Shown here in pieces: positions 61,063-64,000 of a stretch of DNA of 64,000 nt. The stretch lies in assembly GCF_018977255.1 (NCBI RefSeq), contig NW_024704743.1, forward strand, positions 106,580,001-106,644,000. The letters run 5' to 3'. How positions within the stretch are numbered: the stretch's first letter is position 1; each line of letters opens with the position of its first letter. A program made the translations under genes and the position numbers. Below the pieces are notes generated by a model. It did no database searches. It had not been told where the DNA came from and saw only the letters and a list, made by a program, of their open reading frames with translations. The DNA is from Callorhinchus milii. Taxonomy: Eukaryota.

Positions 61063-62699
61063 GAGTGCCTGAAGGCCAAAGTTGAAGGTGTGGGAGGCAT
61101 TGGAAAGTGGTCCAAATAATGAAAATCTTTGCTTTACTTTCAGACCATGTGGAGCTCCCTGGGTTAACCCCTCTGTCTCCCCCTCCCTCCCACCCCCCAC
61201 CCATCTTCAGGTCATATCTGAATATTTTCTTCTTCGACTCTGCCATTGTTAAGCACTCTGAGACACTATCCTGTGTAAAGGGCACTATATAAAAATAAGT
61301 GATTGATGTTGAATCAAACTGCAGGCCTTCTCCAGTCTGTGGAGGAGTTAACTTCAGGAGCAGTTTGATTTGTTATTCTGAGGTACAAACGGAATACAGA
61401 ATGGATACAAATTTAACTGCCTTTCAATTTCAATGTAGGCTATTAGCAAAAAGGCACTTTGAGATGGCAAACACAGTGTCTCATTTTCCTCTGCAGCCTT
61501 GAGACAAACAAGTTGGCATATTGTAAAGTGACAGTGGTGCCTTGTGGCTTATTCTAGTTATTTTCAGATAAGAGATTCTGTTCACTGAGTAAAATGTAGT
61601 GAGACTCAAATGTTTCTGCACTTTATTTTCCAATTTTATTAGAAGGAGCAATTTAGTTTTGCTTTCTGCCACTATATTCTCTGACAGAAACGATGCAACC
61701 AGCTGCTCAACAATCCAATATTCTGGAGAGTGGTGGAGTGGGCGTAGGTCAGTGCTGGCTGCAATTAGATGAAACTAGCAAAAAATGTATTATGACTGTA
61801 ATCCAGAGGATATTGTCATAGACAAAAATATTGGTAACTTTTGTTAAAACCAAGATCCAAGCACTAAATTGATATAACCTATGGCGTTATATCAAATGCA
61901 AGCATTATTATTATAACCGATATACGGTGTGAACAATGCAATTTTTGATGTGATAACTATCCCTGGCAATACAAACACATCGTCAGAAGTTATGGCTGTT
62001 TGTGGGGCATTGTTGTGCGCAAATGGTCTGTTGTGTAGTTTGTTGAAATCAAATCTCTTCAAATTGTCTCCCACACTTATTTCTGCCAGGGTCTCACAAG
62101 CTCTTTACCGTTTTCAGTTGTCTTTCTCCTACAGTCCATAGGCTTTGATAAATCATGCTTAGCATCATTAATCACTACTCCTTAATATATCGCATCCTTT
62201 TTTCACCATCTCTCCTGTTTTTTGGTCCATTCTTCCATATTTTGTAAACTAAAACCTCATGCATCATTCCACATAATTTTCCTAACTTTGGCTTTCAAAT
62301 TATTACTCTGATTGTGTGATTTATACTCTTTTGCATTGCAGTTATTTATTTACAGTGATATGCAATCGTATATAAAAAAACTCTTAGGATTTTATTTAAC
62401 AAAAACACCTAATTTCAACTCAAAATATGCAGTACTCATATTGTCACATAAGACAGCATTATTTTAATTTCAGAGATCTTCAAGAACACAATAAAGAGTA
62501 TAGAAAAGAGTTAAATAATATTGTTATTGCTGTTCTCCGTAGTCTCTTTTAACAGGGCATCACACAGCTATTTTTGTTGTCTCTGGTAAGCCATATTCCT
62601 GCAGTAGTGTCATTAGCTGTGAAATACAGCAATATAATATTGCTGTTTGGTGACCATCTAAGCAATACTTTTTCTTGTTTGGCTGCAGTTGATGCCTAA

Positions 62700-62990
62700 A
62701 TCATAGAATCATAGAAATTTACAGCACCAAAGAGGCTATTCGCCCAATCAAATCTTCTCTGACTTTCAAAGCAAGCTGTTTTATTGTATTGTATCCCCTT
62801 GCCCTACCTTATCCACATTCCCCTTCAAGCCTCTATGCTTCTACTCTATGTCTCTTGAAACCTACAATGACTCTCGCTCTACCACTTAGCAGGGCATTCC
62901 ACAGCCCAACAACTCTCTGAGTGTAAGCCCTCCTTTCATCTTCTTGTGACTATCTTCTAACTATGCCCCCTGTCACTGACTTAAATGATA
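62700..62990 (-). mobile_element. Old CR1 3' fragment
   Basis: ATCATAGAATCATAGAAATTTACAGCAC tail; GCATTCCACAGCCCAACAACTCTCTGAGT. Confidence 0.7.
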
Positions 62991-64000
62991 AAACGTAATT
63001 TATATTAAGTTAACCACATTTACTTGTATTTGTTTGATCATTTATAAACTCATTAACATGTAAATTGGTGTGAATTAATTATACCCATTTACATGTCACA
63101 TTTTAAATGATTTGAATTATTTAACTGAGGTTTCCACGATACCAAATCTAGTGATTGCGCTATAGCTTATGCTCACAGATAGCCACAAGGGAGTAAAAAC
63201 GAATCTACTCCCACTGCAAAATAGTAGAAATTGTAATCCTTACATTCGATATAGTTCTTTATCACGTTGTTGAAACATCTCAAACCACTTCACTTGATTT
63301 ACTGTGAAGAGCAGTGACGGTGTATTATGCAGGTGAACACACCGCCAAGTTGGATACAGCAATGTCCCCTACACAGCCATGAAGTGAAGGTCTATTTTTT
63401 TCGAGGGAGAAACAAGAAAGGTAGCACTGGTGGTGATTTTCAAAGTATCCTCTTCAGATATCTTTTACTTCTCTCTTGAAGGCTAGTATGAACTCTATGT
63501 TGATCAACACACTAAAAAAGGCATTCCACATCCTATCTTTCCATTTTTCTAATCTACTCAATAACTCACTGACCAGTGGAAATAATGTCTGCCTGTCTAC
63601 TCTTATCACAAATCCCTCATATGTTTAAAGATCACCATCAGATCTCCCCTCAACCTTCTCTGTTCCAATGCAACAAATCTGTGATCATAAGTCAAATCAC
63701 TCATTTTCAATGTTGAATAATAACAGCAATACTTCCATTTGATATAGCTTATGACCTTATCACATCATCAAGATGTCACAAAGTGCTTCTTGGGTATACT
63801 ATAAAGTTGTGTGACTGTGTATTCTGTCGCAAACATGACAGCTAATTTGCACATAGCAAAGACTCACAAACAATCATGGAGTGAGTGGCCAATTTTAAAT
63901 GTTATCATCCTAGTAAATCTCCTCTGTGCTCTCTCTATGGTTCAGATGTCTCATGATGTCCAAACAATGTGATGCAGTAAAAAGAAAAGCATACAGGATG

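Overview
Eukaryotic, AT-rich, repeat-dense genomic DNA with no recognisable host protein-coding gene, rRNA, intact tRNA gene or CRISPR array. It looks like an intron of a large gene or a gene desert. The repeat content points to a cartilaginous fish, most plausibly a holocephalan such as Callorhinchus; this is inferred from recalled repeat consensus sequences, not from a search. The protein-like ORFs are decayed reverse-transcriptase fragments of L2 and CR1 LINEs, and the rest are low-complexity or chance ORFs. Other repeats include a tRNA-Ala-headed SINE family (long and short subfamilies, L2-type tail), older Deu-domain SINEs, AmnSINE2-like fragments, Penelope-like terminal fragments with degenerate hammerhead cores, fold-back (MITE-like) palindromes and an unclassified four-copy repeat. 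The most unusual structures are (1) a ~2.7 kb segment (56020-58757) bounded by long inverted arms with hAT/Charlie-like ends, (2) a mosaic SINE (tRNA + CORE-like + Deu-like + L2 tail) whose 3' stem-loop matches the young local L2 copies, and (3) several insertion-junction scars. I found no convincing novel multi-gene system. Boundaries of old repeats are approximate (tens of bp).
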